IMG/VR virus record: IMGVR_UViG_3300028549_003662
Coordinates: 82,099 to 146,098 of that record
Source of the DNA: a virus
Direction: 5' to 3' (one strand)
Length of the DNA: 64,000 nt
The notes under the pieces are model-generated. The model had not been told where the DNA came from, ran no database searches, and worked only from the letters and a program-made list of their open reading frames with translations. The position numbers and the translations under genes were made by a program. The stretch's first letter is position 1; each line of letters begins with the position of its first letter. Below, piece after piece: positions 36,748 to 45,046 of the stretch.

Positions 36748-37725
36748 ATGGCTTTGCAGAGAACTGATTTCACCCAGGCTCTGACCAAGAAAGGTTACGA
36801 GATTTTCTGGGATAACTACGTCGAAGTCGACAACGTCTGGGAGGGCCTGTTCCGTCAGGAGCCGTTGACCTCCGGCGCCTACATTGAGCGCGCGTCCATG
36901 ATCGGTCTGGGCGACCTGACCGAGAAGGGTGAGAACGAGCCCTTCACCTACGACATCCCCGCCGATGGCTGGCCTGTCCTGGGCAAGGTGCGCACCTTTG
37001 CGAAGGGCTTCGCCTTCAGCATGGAGCTCTACGAGGACACCCAGATCGAGAACCTGTTCTCGCAGTACGTCGCGCAATGGGGCGAAGCCTACATGCGCAC
37101 GCGTGACCGCTTCTACAGCAACTTCCTCAACAACGGCGCCCTGCTCACCGGCCACGAAGTGTTCGACAACACCGTGCCCGGCGTGAAGATCGACCCCACC
37201 GGGAAGTTCATCTACGACGGTAAGCCCTTCTTCGCCGATGCCGGCAACGCGCATCCGCTGAAGATGTGCGACAAGACCATCGTGAACTACTTCCCGCTGC
37301 CGCTCACCCACGAGAACTTTGCCACCGTGTGGCAGAGCATGACCATCAACAACGCCTTCGACGAGAAGGGCGACGAGATCAACCTGGCCCCGGACACCCT
37401 GGTCATTCACCCCTCCCTGAAGTTCAAGGTGAAGGAGATCCTCGAAAGCGAGTTCCTCCCCAGCGTTTCCGGCACCCCGTCCATCCGCAACCCGCTCCGC
37501 GGGCTCGTGAGCGCCGTCATCGAATGGCGTCGCCTCGACGATCCCAACGGCTGGTTCCTCATGCAGCGTCAGCGCGGCCTTGTCGCCCTGAACCGCAAGG
37601 AGCTCTCCCTGGACGTTTGGGTGGACCCCGAAACCAAGCAGGTCAAGGCCACCGTCAACTGCCGCTTCGGCGGGTACGTTGACAACTGCCGCTACACCAC
37701 GGCCTGCAACATCCGGCAGAGCTAG
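36748..37725 (+). CDS. Major capsid protein (HK97 fold, Mu gpT-like)
   Basis: EKGENEPFTYD, FAKGFAFSME, DGKPFF...HP, PDTLVIHPSL, LDDPNGWFL, RFGGY; followed by a terminator. Confidence 0.9.
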   Translation: MALQRTDFTQALTKKGYEIFWDNYVEVDNVWEGLFRQEPLTSGAYIERASMIGLGDLTEKGENEPFTYDIPADGWPVLGKVRTFAKGFAFSMELYEDTQIENLFSQYVAQWGEAYMRTRDRFYSNFLNNGALLTGHEVFDNTVPGVKIDPTGKFIYDGKPFFADAGNAHPLKMCDKTIVNYFPLPLTHENFATVWQSMTINNAFDEKGDEINLAPDTLVIHPSLKFKVKEILESEFLPSVSGTPSIRNPLRGLVSAVIEWRRLDDPNGWFLMQRQRGLVALNRKELSLDVWVDPETKQVKATVNCRFGGYVDNCRYTTACNIRQS

Positions 37726-37736
37726 ACCACACCATG

Positions 37737-37765
37737 AGGGAGCCGGGCACGTCCCGGCTCCCTTT
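37737..37765 (+). terminator. Intrinsic terminator after the major capsid gene
   Basis: GGGAGCCGGG-CACGT-CCCGGCTCCC-TTT. Confidence 0.8.
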
Positions 37766-37785
37766 AACATCAGAGGAGACAACTC

Positions 37786-38238
37786 ATGGCTAAGCCCGTT
37801 GCAACCAAAGCTCCCGATACCGCACCTCCCGCCGCCACATCCGTGGCGTCGCCGCCCGTTGACGCCGCCGCTATCGCAGCCGCTGCTGACGCCGCTGTTG
37901 CTGCTGACGCTGCAGCCACGCCTCCTGCGGAGACCCCGGCTGCTGTCGCTCCTGCTGCGGAGATCCCGGCCGCCGTCACCCCTACCGCCACTCCGACTGC
38001 AGCCGCCCTTGCTGTGGAGACCCCGGCTGCTGTGGCCGCCCCCGCGAAGACCGAATCCACGAAGAAGGTCATCTTCACCACCGACGAAGCCGAGGCGCAG
38101 GCCGCATTCAAGAATGGCTACCTCGTTCGCCGCATGTCCCACGACGGTGTGCTCGGCTACAAGATCCACACCAATCAGGTTGTGAACGCTGTGACCGCGC
38201 AGATCAGCAGCGCGACCGACGAAATGTTCCACCGGTAG
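37786..38238 (+). CDS. Ala/Pro/Thr-rich protein with a small C-terminal domain
   Basis: Three E(T/I)PAAV repeats; GAGGAG RBS. Confidence 0.75.
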   Translation: MAKPVATKAPDTAPPAATSVASPPVDAAAIAAAADAAVAADAAATPPAETPAAVAPAAEIPAAVTPTATPTAAALAVETPAAVAAPAKTESTKKVIFTTDEAEAQAAFKNGYLVRRMSHDGVLGYKIHTNQVVNAVTAQISSATDEMFHR

Positions 38239-38247
38239 GGAGTTAAC

Positions 38248-39270
38248 ATGGCCACCGTCAATGCTGTCGTCGCGCATCCCAAAGCGAACTCGTACGTCTC
38301 CCTCGAAGAGATCAGCGATTTCATGCTCGCTGTGGACCCCAACTGGGTGCACACCACACCGAGCGAGGCTGCGCGCTACGCCATCATGACGGCGGCCAAA
38401 ATCAACGCCATACGGTACCTCGGCCAACCGTACTTTGCACGGCAAGGGATGGCTTTTCCGCGGAAGAACGACGCACGTGTGCGCTCCGCGCCGCTGACAG
38501 GATTGTCTGCGGTTACGCTTGGCGCTGCTGTCGAAGAGCATGTTCCGGCGAACTCCTCGTCGGGGTGCTCATTCACCACGGACAACTTTCCCATTGCCGC
38601 TGCGACGAACACCGTGGAGGTTACGCTGTCTGGACAGACAGTAGTGCTCACGGATAGCGGAGCCGGCGTGCTCACAGGAACTGGCGTTGCTGGAACAATC
38701 AACTACGAGACCGGTGACGTCACCCTCGACACGCAGGTCGACGAGGGCACGGTGGCACGGGTAGCTGCGAGTTGGTACTCCTCCTCGAAGCTGGTGTCTG
38801 CAGACCTCGTATTTGATGCCGCGGAGTACTTGCCCGGCCACTTCAACGGCGGCGCAGTGCACGTGCCGCATTCGGATGGCCAGCGCGATTACTGCACGAT
38901 CTCCGACCACAACATCGTCTCTGGTGTTGTGACCCTGGACGCTCGGATGAACGCCCAGGTCGCAGGTTCCTGCCTGCTCTTTCAGCCCTTCGCGCGCCCG
39001 CTCAAGGACGCGCAGCTCATTCAGCTTCAAGCCGAACGCGGTCTTCTGGATTGGGACCGCAACGCCGGCAGAGGCATCTCCGCTGTGAAGATCGGCGACA
39101 CCTCCCGGTCCTACTCTACGACCAACATCCCTGAAAAAGCTCGGATGCTGGCCGGGAAGTACCGGGTGCACGAGATCGTCATGGCACTCCTCGGCCCCTA
39201 CACCATCTACGGGAAGATGGGCATCATCTACGGAGAGTGGGATGCCGCAAGCACTACAAGCACTGAATAA
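38248..39270 (+). CDS. Head-tail adaptor (DnaT-like phage family) with a large internal insertion
   Basis: ANSYVSLEE, YLGQP...QGMAFPR, then LKDAQ...ISAVKIGDTSRSY...LLGPY. Confidence 0.75.
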   Translation: MATVNAVVAHPKANSYVSLEEISDFMLAVDPNWVHTTPSEAARYAIMTAAKINAIRYLGQPYFARQGMAFPRKNDARVRSAPLTGLSAVTLGAAVEEHVPANSSSGCSFTTDNFPIAAATNTVEVTLSGQTVVLTDSGAGVLTGTGVAGTINYETGDVTLDTQVDEGTVARVAASWYSSSKLVSADLVFDAAEYLPGHFNGGAVHVPHSDGQRDYCTISDHNIVSGVVTLDARMNAQVAGSCLLFQPFARPLKDAQLIQLQAERGLLDWDRNAGRGISAVKIGDTSRSYSTTNIPEKARMLAGKYRVHEIVMALLGPYTIYGKMGIIYGEWDAASTTSTE

Positions 39271-39904
39271 CGCGCAGTACCGCGACGCGCTTTCTGCAGG
39301 GAGCGCGACGTACCCGGATTGGTGGGGCAAGAACGGCGGACGCCTCGTTGCCCTCGAATCCGGCATTGGCACGCGCGTTAAGCTGAATGCCTTCTACCCG
39401 CTGCTGCTCGACACCACGACACGGTGCGACTACTGGCCACAGGAGCGCGACTTCGGCTTCGACCCCACTACGCTCTCGTGGCGGTTGTGGATCTACGGGG
39501 CCTACCACGAAGTCACGCCGAAGCACTGCAGCCTCGCACAGAGCTTCGGGGACTTCCTCTTCTACGCTGTGCGCGGAAGCACGCAGCCTGTCCCTGTGGT
39601 GGACTTCGGGGAGCTTGTGGGCTCCTCTCCGGCATCTGAGGTGGCGAAGGACTCCGTCACCGTTTACGTGACTCGCGAGATGACCCAGAAAATGAACATC
39701 GGGTTCTTCTACCTCGGTGTGGTTGTCGTCGATGGCGTCAACAACCTGGATGGGTTGTTCCTGCCCCCGAACACGACACCTGCTGACGTGGTGCGCTCCC
39801 GGCCGCGGCTGCCGCCGCTGTGGTTCTACGTGCAGGATGCTTCGCGGAACTACCACGGCCGCTTCGAAGACATCGCGAAAGGACGAGGTGCATTATGTCC
39901 GTAG
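39242..39904 (+). CDS. Hypothetical neck-region protein
   Basis: Overlapping ORF between the adaptor and closure genes. Confidence 0.55.
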   Translation: MPQALQALNNAQYRDALSAGSATYPDWWGKNGGRLVALESGIGTRVKLNAFYPLLLDTTTRCDYWPQERDFGFDPTTLSWRLWIYGAYHEVTPKHCSLAQSFGDFLFYAVRGSTQPVPVVDFGELVGSSPASEVAKDSVTVYVTREMTQKMNIGFFYLGVVVVDGVNNLDGLFLPPNTTPADVVRSRPRLPPLWFYVQDASRNYHGRFEDIAKGRGALCP

Positions 39905-40221
39905 TGCTTGACGGTTTCCTGAACCAGCGCGCGACCATTGTTCGCAAGAACAGCGGCGCGTACGGGAATACCCCACCGGAGACCATCCTGGAGTGGACGC
40001 CGTGCCGCTTTGTGGAGAGCGGCGAAGTGAAGTGGGACAAAACCATCGGCGGCGAGATCACCATCGGTGCCGGGCAGGCGTGGTTCAATGGCGACGTGCG
40101 CAGGATAGCGCGCGGCGACAAGCTGTTGCTCGAAGAGGCGCGGGAGTTCACCATTGTGAAAGTGACACGCCAGCGTGATCTTGACGGACACATCGACCAC
40201 ACCAAGGTCGTTGTGTCGTGA
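39895..40221 (+). CDS. Head closure (stopper) protein
   Basis: LNQRATI...YGN...PCRF...GDKL...RDLDG.IDHTKV; GAGGTG RBS. Confidence 0.7.
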   Translation: MSVVLDGFLNQRATIVRKNSGAYGNTPPETILEWTPCRFVESGEVKWDKTIGGEITIGAGQAWFNGDVRRIARGDKLLLEEAREFTIVKVTRQRDLDGHIDHTKVVVS

Positions 40222-40850
40222 GGTTCATCCGCAGCGTACGGCGCGCGGCGTTCGCCATCAAGGCCCAGGTCTTTCACTACCAGGACCAAGTCGGGACAAT
40301 CGTCGCTGAGGAGTACGCGCGCGCAGCGTTCCGCTATTTTGTCGCCACTATCCCCATCGCCACCGGCTTGCTGCAGCACAGCGCCTCGGTGACACTCGTT
40401 GGCGGCGGGAAGATCAGCGCGGAGGTGCTGCGGGACTCGCGCGGAAACAGCGCACCTGTTACGGCGTGGTCGGGCAACCACTGGAGGACACGTGTCGCAT
40501 ACAGCATGCCTGCGCATCCGCATCTGGTCACTGTGCGCCTCATGGTGAAGAAGAGCGCATTCGATCTGAAGCGCACCGGGCTGTCTGCCACCGGCGGCAA
40601 ATTCGGATTGAAGTTTCACTGCAGCCGTAAGGCCTTCGACGAGCCGGAGTTCGTCCAGTTCCTGCAGCGTAAGAACGACGAGCGCGTGTCCAGGGGTGAG
40701 CCCCCGAAGACATACGAGAACATTGACATCTCGCGCGTCCATGCCATAGACATCATCAGGCGCAGTTCTGAAATGCGCGGTGATCTCGACAAGTTCATGG
40801 AAGAGGCGCGCTACAACATCAATGCACGCATAGCCAGGTTGAAAAAGTAA
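40218..40850 (+). CDS. Neck protein (HK97 gp10-like)
   Basis: Basic protein with PIATGLLQHS (PVDTG.L..S type); expected position. Confidence 0.6.
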   Translation: MRFIRSVRRAAFAIKAQVFHYQDQVGTIVAEEYARAAFRYFVATIPIATGLLQHSASVTLVGGGKISAEVLRDSRGNSAPVTAWSGNHWRTRVAYSMPAHPHLVTVRLMVKKSAFDLKRTGLSATGGKFGLKFHCSRKAFDEPEFVQFLQRKNDERVSRGEPPKTYENIDISRVHAIDIIRRSSEMRGDLDKFMEEARYNINARIARLKK

Positions 40851-41356
40851 TGCAGCCACACAAGAACATCATCGACTACGTCTGCGAGTACCTGGGGCGT
40901 CTTAAAGTAGGCCACCCCGTGCATGCCGCGTTCGGTGCTGTGCTGCAGTACATACCTGAAGCGGAGCTCGCCGAAGAGAACACAATTTTCGCATTTCGCT
41001 TTCCTGCAAGCGATGACACCGGCAGCACCGCCGATATCATGGGCGACATCGTAGACGTCGTGACCTCGAACCGCACCGGCATCTGTGTTGTTCCTGCCGG
41101 TGGTGGGCCGCCCGACGCGAACATGGGTTGCTACTACCAGTACTTCGTTATACGATGTCGGCACAAGTACCCCGGAGTCGCCTACAACACGCTGCAGGAG
41201 ATCGGGTACGAATTGCAGGACAACGCCAGGGTTTTTCCCCAAAACGGGACTATCAGATGTGTTTCGAGCCAGCCTGGGATGGTGTGGGCCGACCAGCAAC
41301 TCATGTACTGTTTTCAGCTTGAATTCAGAATTTTGGCTGCAGAAAAAGTAATCTAA
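40850..41356 (+). CDS. Tail terminator / completion protein
   Basis: Directly before the tail tube genes; GG.P...QYFVIRCR...F.LEF. Confidence 0.65.
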   Translation: MQPHKNIIDYVCEYLGRLKVGHPVHAAFGAVLQYIPEAELAEENTIFAFRFPASDDTGSTADIMGDIVDVVTSNRTGICVVPAGGGPPDANMGCYYQYFVIRCRHKYPGVAYNTLQEIGYELQDNARVFPQNGTIRCVSSQPGMVWADQQLMYCFQLEFRILAAEKVI

Positions 41357-41378
41357 AGACCCGTAGGAGGGCTAACAC

Positions 41379-42983
41379 ATGGGCGCTATCTCGCGCAATC
41401 CGCAGTTCTACACTGTGGGCGTCCCCACCCTGTTCTTCATGCCCGTGGAGAATTGGGATGACGCTCACGTCGTCGACTGGCCCGCGCTGTTCCGCGCGTA
41501 CTCCGGTCTCACCGACACCAACGGCCAGGTCCTGAACATGCTCGCCAACACCACCTGCATGACGCCGGAGGACATCCTCTCCAAAGCGTACGTGGGCAAC
41601 CTCGCTTCTTGCGAGGCCGGTGGCGAGATCAAGACCGTGGAGCACGTCGCTTCCGTCCTCGGCCGCAAGGAAGTGGACAAGCTCGTCGTGACCCGCCGCA
41701 GCATCGAATACACCTTGGGCTTCGACGAGCTCAACGTCGGCAACATGCGGAACTTCTTCGCCGCTGACGCCGTCGACTATCCCACGAAGAACAAGGTCGT
41801 GGCCAAGACCACCGCGAAGGCCCCGCAGAGCGCTGCCGCCGACTTCGCGGTCGCTGAGATCGAGATCATCGACAACGCCGCCTCGGCGGTTGGCTCGGAT
41901 CTCGACAGCCTGGAAGCCGCGCTGACTGAAAAGCTCATCGCGCAGGGCTGCTCCTTCAACCCCGTCGTCGTGGGTGGCACCGGCTACTACCCCGCTGGCG
42001 TCTACTACTTCGTCGTGGCGGACTCCCAGCGCGCGCAGACCGTGGATGCCGTCCTCGGCAGCTACCGCAACAAGGTCGTCTGTGCCTTCTTCAAGTACGA
42101 TCCCGCTGAAGGCAAGATGGTTGCCCAGGCGTGGCCGTCCGGCATGGATGGCGCCGCGTACTCCTACAAGGACACCGGCATCAGCAACCGCGTCAAGCAG
42201 CTCATCACCGACAGCGCCGCCAACATCGGCATCCCCACCAACGACCTGCTCAACGACCGCACCGGTGTTGACGTCTACAACGAGGCCGTGGACTGGGTGC
42301 TGAACGCCACCAGCGCCGTGACCAAGACCAAGACCATTCAGCTTCCCGCGCACATCGCGCGTCAGGCCACTCGCGTCATCCTGAGCGGCAAGAAGTGGGA
42401 CGGCACCGCCTGGGTGGACGCCACGGAAGTGCTGTTCGACTACGCGCAGGCCAGTGCCACCACCAACACCGAGACCCCGCTCTCCACTGGTGCGGCCGGC
42501 TACTTCGCCGACAACACGCTGTCCAAGATCAACCACGACACCGGCCTGCTGACCCTCGTCGCTCCCGACGCCTTCGCGGGCACCGGCGGCGACATGGACG
42601 ATCAGGGCCTCACCGAGCAGACCCTGCGTGTGCAGATCGAGACCTACTCCACCTCCGAAGCCACGATCATCTGGTCGGGCATCGTGTGGGCGAAGAACTC
42701 CGACGTCTACGGCACGCTGCGCGTCAACCGTGGCAAGCCGGAACTGCAGGGTTGCGGGCTCATCTGCTTCCTGAACAACGTCGGCGTCAGCTTCTTCCAC
42801 ATCCTCCCGAAGGTCGTGTTCCGTCCCGACGGCACCATCGACTTCTCCAAGGAAGACTGGCTGAAGGGCGGCTTCGTGCTGAGCCTCCTGAAGGACGACA
42901 ACGCGTACATCCCGTACCTCCCGAACAAGCTCAAGATGCCGTTCGGGTACTTCAACGCGTTCCGCATGGACGCCCAGGTGTAA
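41379..42983 (+). CDS. Major tail tube protein 1 (Chi/YSD1-like) with inserted domains
   Basis: YTVG..LFF, YVGN, EH..S.LG....D..VV, FDE.N..N, N.VG, FRPDG..F..EDW, PFG. Confidence 0.8.
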   Translation: MGAISRNPQFYTVGVPTLFFMPVENWDDAHVVDWPALFRAYSGLTDTNGQVLNMLANTTCMTPEDILSKAYVGNLASCEAGGEIKTVEHVASVLGRKEVDKLVVTRRSIEYTLGFDELNVGNMRNFFAADAVDYPTKNKVVAKTTAKAPQSAAADFAVAEIEIIDNAASAVGSDLDSLEAALTEKLIAQGCSFNPVVVGGTGYYPAGVYYFVVADSQRAQTVDAVLGSYRNKVVCAFFKYDPAEGKMVAQAWPSGMDGAAYSYKDTGISNRVKQLITDSAANIGIPTNDLLNDRTGVDVYNEAVDWVLNATSAVTKTKTIQLPAHIARQATRVILSGKKWDGTAWVDATEVLFDYAQASATTNTETPLSTGAAGYFADNTLSKINHDTGLLTLVAPDAFAGTGGDMDDQGLTEQTLRVQIETYSTSEATIIWSGIVWAKNSDVYGTLRVNRGKPELQGCGLICFLNNVGVSFFHILPKVVFRPDGTIDFSKEDWLKGGFVLSLLKDDNAYIPYLPNKLKMPFGYFNAFRMDAQV

Positions 42984-42995
42984 GGGGGAAGCACC

Positions 42996-44171
42996 ATGAG
43001 TTCGAATCCTCGCATCGCTGAGCGTCATCCCGATTCCTACACCATCGGGATGCCTCAGATCCTGTTCTCGCCCATGCCGGTCTCTGGCAACTATGCCATG
43101 TGGGTGGACTGGCGCGCGCTTGCCAGCGCCGCGTTCGGCCTCACCAACAGCGACGGCAAAGTCGTGAACTCCTACGGAAACGTGGTGGGCACCCCCGCTG
43201 ACATCATGACGGCTTGCTACCTCGGTAGCCTGGACGGTGTGAACGTCGGCGGCGACGTGGAAACCCTGGAGCACACCGTGGCCAACCTCGGTTACGAGGA
43301 ACTGGACCGCGTCGTCGTGCTGCAGCGCCCCATCGAGTACGCTCTCAACTTCGACGAGCCCGACATCAAGAACCTCTCCCGCTACTTCGTGTCGCAGGAG
43401 ACCGACCTCGGCCTCTCGTTGAAGATGCTGCAAGTCTCCGGTCAGACCTTCAAGGGATCTGAGACCGCTGCCGTGACCATCGTGGAACGCCGTCTCGGCG
43501 ACCCCTCGAAGGCCCTGGAGAGCATCACCTCCCTGTGGCAGGCCAACGGTGGCACCGGCACGCCTCCCAACGGCGTGTACGGCTTCATCGTCGGCGGAAC
43601 CAACGAAGATGCCTGCATCGGCGCCTGGGAGCACAAGCGGCAGTGGATCGCTTACGCCACCTTCGACTTCGTGCTGGGCACCGTAGGCTCCTGGAGTTAC
43701 ATCCGCCCGAAGGGCACCGCCCTCAACGACACCTACGGCGCGGACGCCATCGTCCCCGTCAACGGTGCCGTGCACTCCATCCCCGACTCCAACCCCGTGC
43801 TGAACAAGTGCGGCGGCAGCGTGTCGTGGAACGTGAACGCCAAGATGGCCTGGAACGGGTTCGTCTGGGTGGGTGCTGATGACGGCTTCTTCGGCTACAG
43901 CATCGTCGGAACCCGCCAGAGCTTCAAGCGCACCTTCGGCGCCGCCCTGGTGTTCTCCTTCACCGAGATCGGCACCTCCATGCTGCACGTCATCCCGAAG
44001 TGCACGCTGATGCCCGACGGCTCCATGAACTTCAACCCCGATTCCTGGATGCAGGGCTCGTTCAAGCTGAACGTCATGCGTGACAACAACGCTGTGTTCC
44101 TTGACCGCACCCCTGCGCTCCCGGTGCCTTTCGGGTACATCCAGACGATGGAACTGCCCTCCGGCATGTAG
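42996..44171 (+). CDS. Major tail tube protein 2 (paralogue)
   Basis: Same N- and C-terminal blocks as tube protein 1 (YTIG, YLGS, LEH, FDEP, LMPDG, DSW, PFGY). Confidence 0.8.
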   Translation: MSSNPRIAERHPDSYTIGMPQILFSPMPVSGNYAMWVDWRALASAAFGLTNSDGKVVNSYGNVVGTPADIMTACYLGSLDGVNVGGDVETLEHTVANLGYEELDRVVVLQRPIEYALNFDEPDIKNLSRYFVSQETDLGLSLKMLQVSGQTFKGSETAAVTIVERRLGDPSKALESITSLWQANGGTGTPPNGVYGFIVGGTNEDACIGAWEHKRQWIAYATFDFVLGTVGSWSYIRPKGTALNDTYGADAIVPVNGAVHSIPDSNPVLNKCGGSVSWNVNAKMAWNGFVWVGADDGFFGYSIVGTRQSFKRTFGAALVFSFTEIGTSMLHVIPKCTLMPDGSMNFNPDSWMQGSFKLNVMRDNNAVFLDRTPALPVPFGYIQTMELPSGM

Positions 44172-44196
44172 CCCATCAGGTACTGGACAAAATCAT

Positions 44197-44234
44197 AGGG
44201 CGGCGGGTATACGAAACCCGTCGCCCTTTTATTT
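44197..44234 (+). terminator. Intrinsic terminator after the tail tube genes
   Basis: AGGGCGGCGGGT-ATACGAA-ACCCGTCGCCCT-TTTATTT. Confidence 0.85.
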
Positions 44235-44255
44235 CAAACTCAAGGAGTTCCTCAG

Positions 44256-44633
44256 ATGGCTGATAAAGAATTCGACGACGGCTTGCTTTTCACGACAAAG
44301 AAGTTCGGTGATCTCACCATCAAGCAACTCTCGTTCGGCGAGCTCGGAGTGATCTCCGAGGACATCGTGAACCTCTACGACAAGGTTGTGGCCAGGTCGA
44401 GCACACCCGGCGCCACCATGACGCAGCACGACGTCATGAAAACCATCGTGATGATCCTGCCCGACGTCGCGCCCATCATGGCCAAGGTCTGCAGCGTTCC
44501 TCTGGAGACCATCAACGCCCTCACTGCCGACGAGGGTGTGAAAATCTGCGCCGAGATGTGGCGCCTCAACCAGGACATCATCACAAATTTTTTCGGAATC
44601 GCCAGCAGCCTGAAGCTGGCCGGAAAGGGCTAG
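44256..44633 (+). CDS. Tail assembly chaperone (gpG-like)
   Basis: Between tube and tape measure genes; AAGGAG RBS; ends WRLNQD..NFF. Confidence 0.8.
   Translation: MADKEFDDGLLFTTKKFGDLTIKQLSFGELGVISEDIVNLYDKVVARSSTPGATMTQHDVMKTIVMILPDVAPIMAKVCSVPLETINALTADEGVKICAEMWRLNQDIITNFFGIASSLKLAGKG
44585..44594 (+). other. Programmed -1 ribosomal frameshift site
   Basis: A AAT TTT TTC in the chaperone frame matches X XXY YYZ; the -1 frame is open to 45037. Confidence 0.8.
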
Positions 44634-45037
44634 TCAAGGTCAAGCGTTCTCAGGCTGTCACGCTGACCGAAATTTTCAGCTACCTCGTGAGTCAGGGGCA
44701 CTCCTATCAGGACTTGATGTGGACGTATCCCATTGACCTCGTGTACAACTTCTACCATACTGCTGTTGCTAACGAGCAACGCAATATGGCATTCGTCAGT
44801 GGACTCGCCCGCATCGCCAGCTACTCTGCGCGAGATCTGTCCAAGGAAGGCGCGAAGTCCATTGAGAAGCTCTGGTCGGACTACACAAAACCTCTCGTTT
44901 CCGCAAAGTCACGCGGCGCTGCCGCCACTCAGAATAGCACCATGCAGACCGGAAACAAAGCCGCAGACGGCTTGTTCAGTTCCGGCAAGTTCCAGGCTGT
45001 CCAGCTCGCAGAGACCGCCACCACCACGGGAGTGTAG
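44585..45037 (+). CDS. gpT-like frameshift extension of the tail chaperone
   Basis: -1 frame ORF (YLVSQGHSYQDLMWTY) with no convincing start of its own, ending just before the tape measure gene. Confidence 0.75.
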   Translation, partial: KFFRNRQQPEAGRKGLVKVKRSQAVTLTEIFSYLVSQGHSYQDLMWTYPIDLVYNFYHTAVANEQRNMAFVSGLARIASYSARDLSKEGAKSIEKLWSDYTKPLVSAKSRGAAATQNSTMQTGNKAADGLFSSGKFQAVQLAETATTTGV

Positions 45038-45046
45038 TGAAACACC

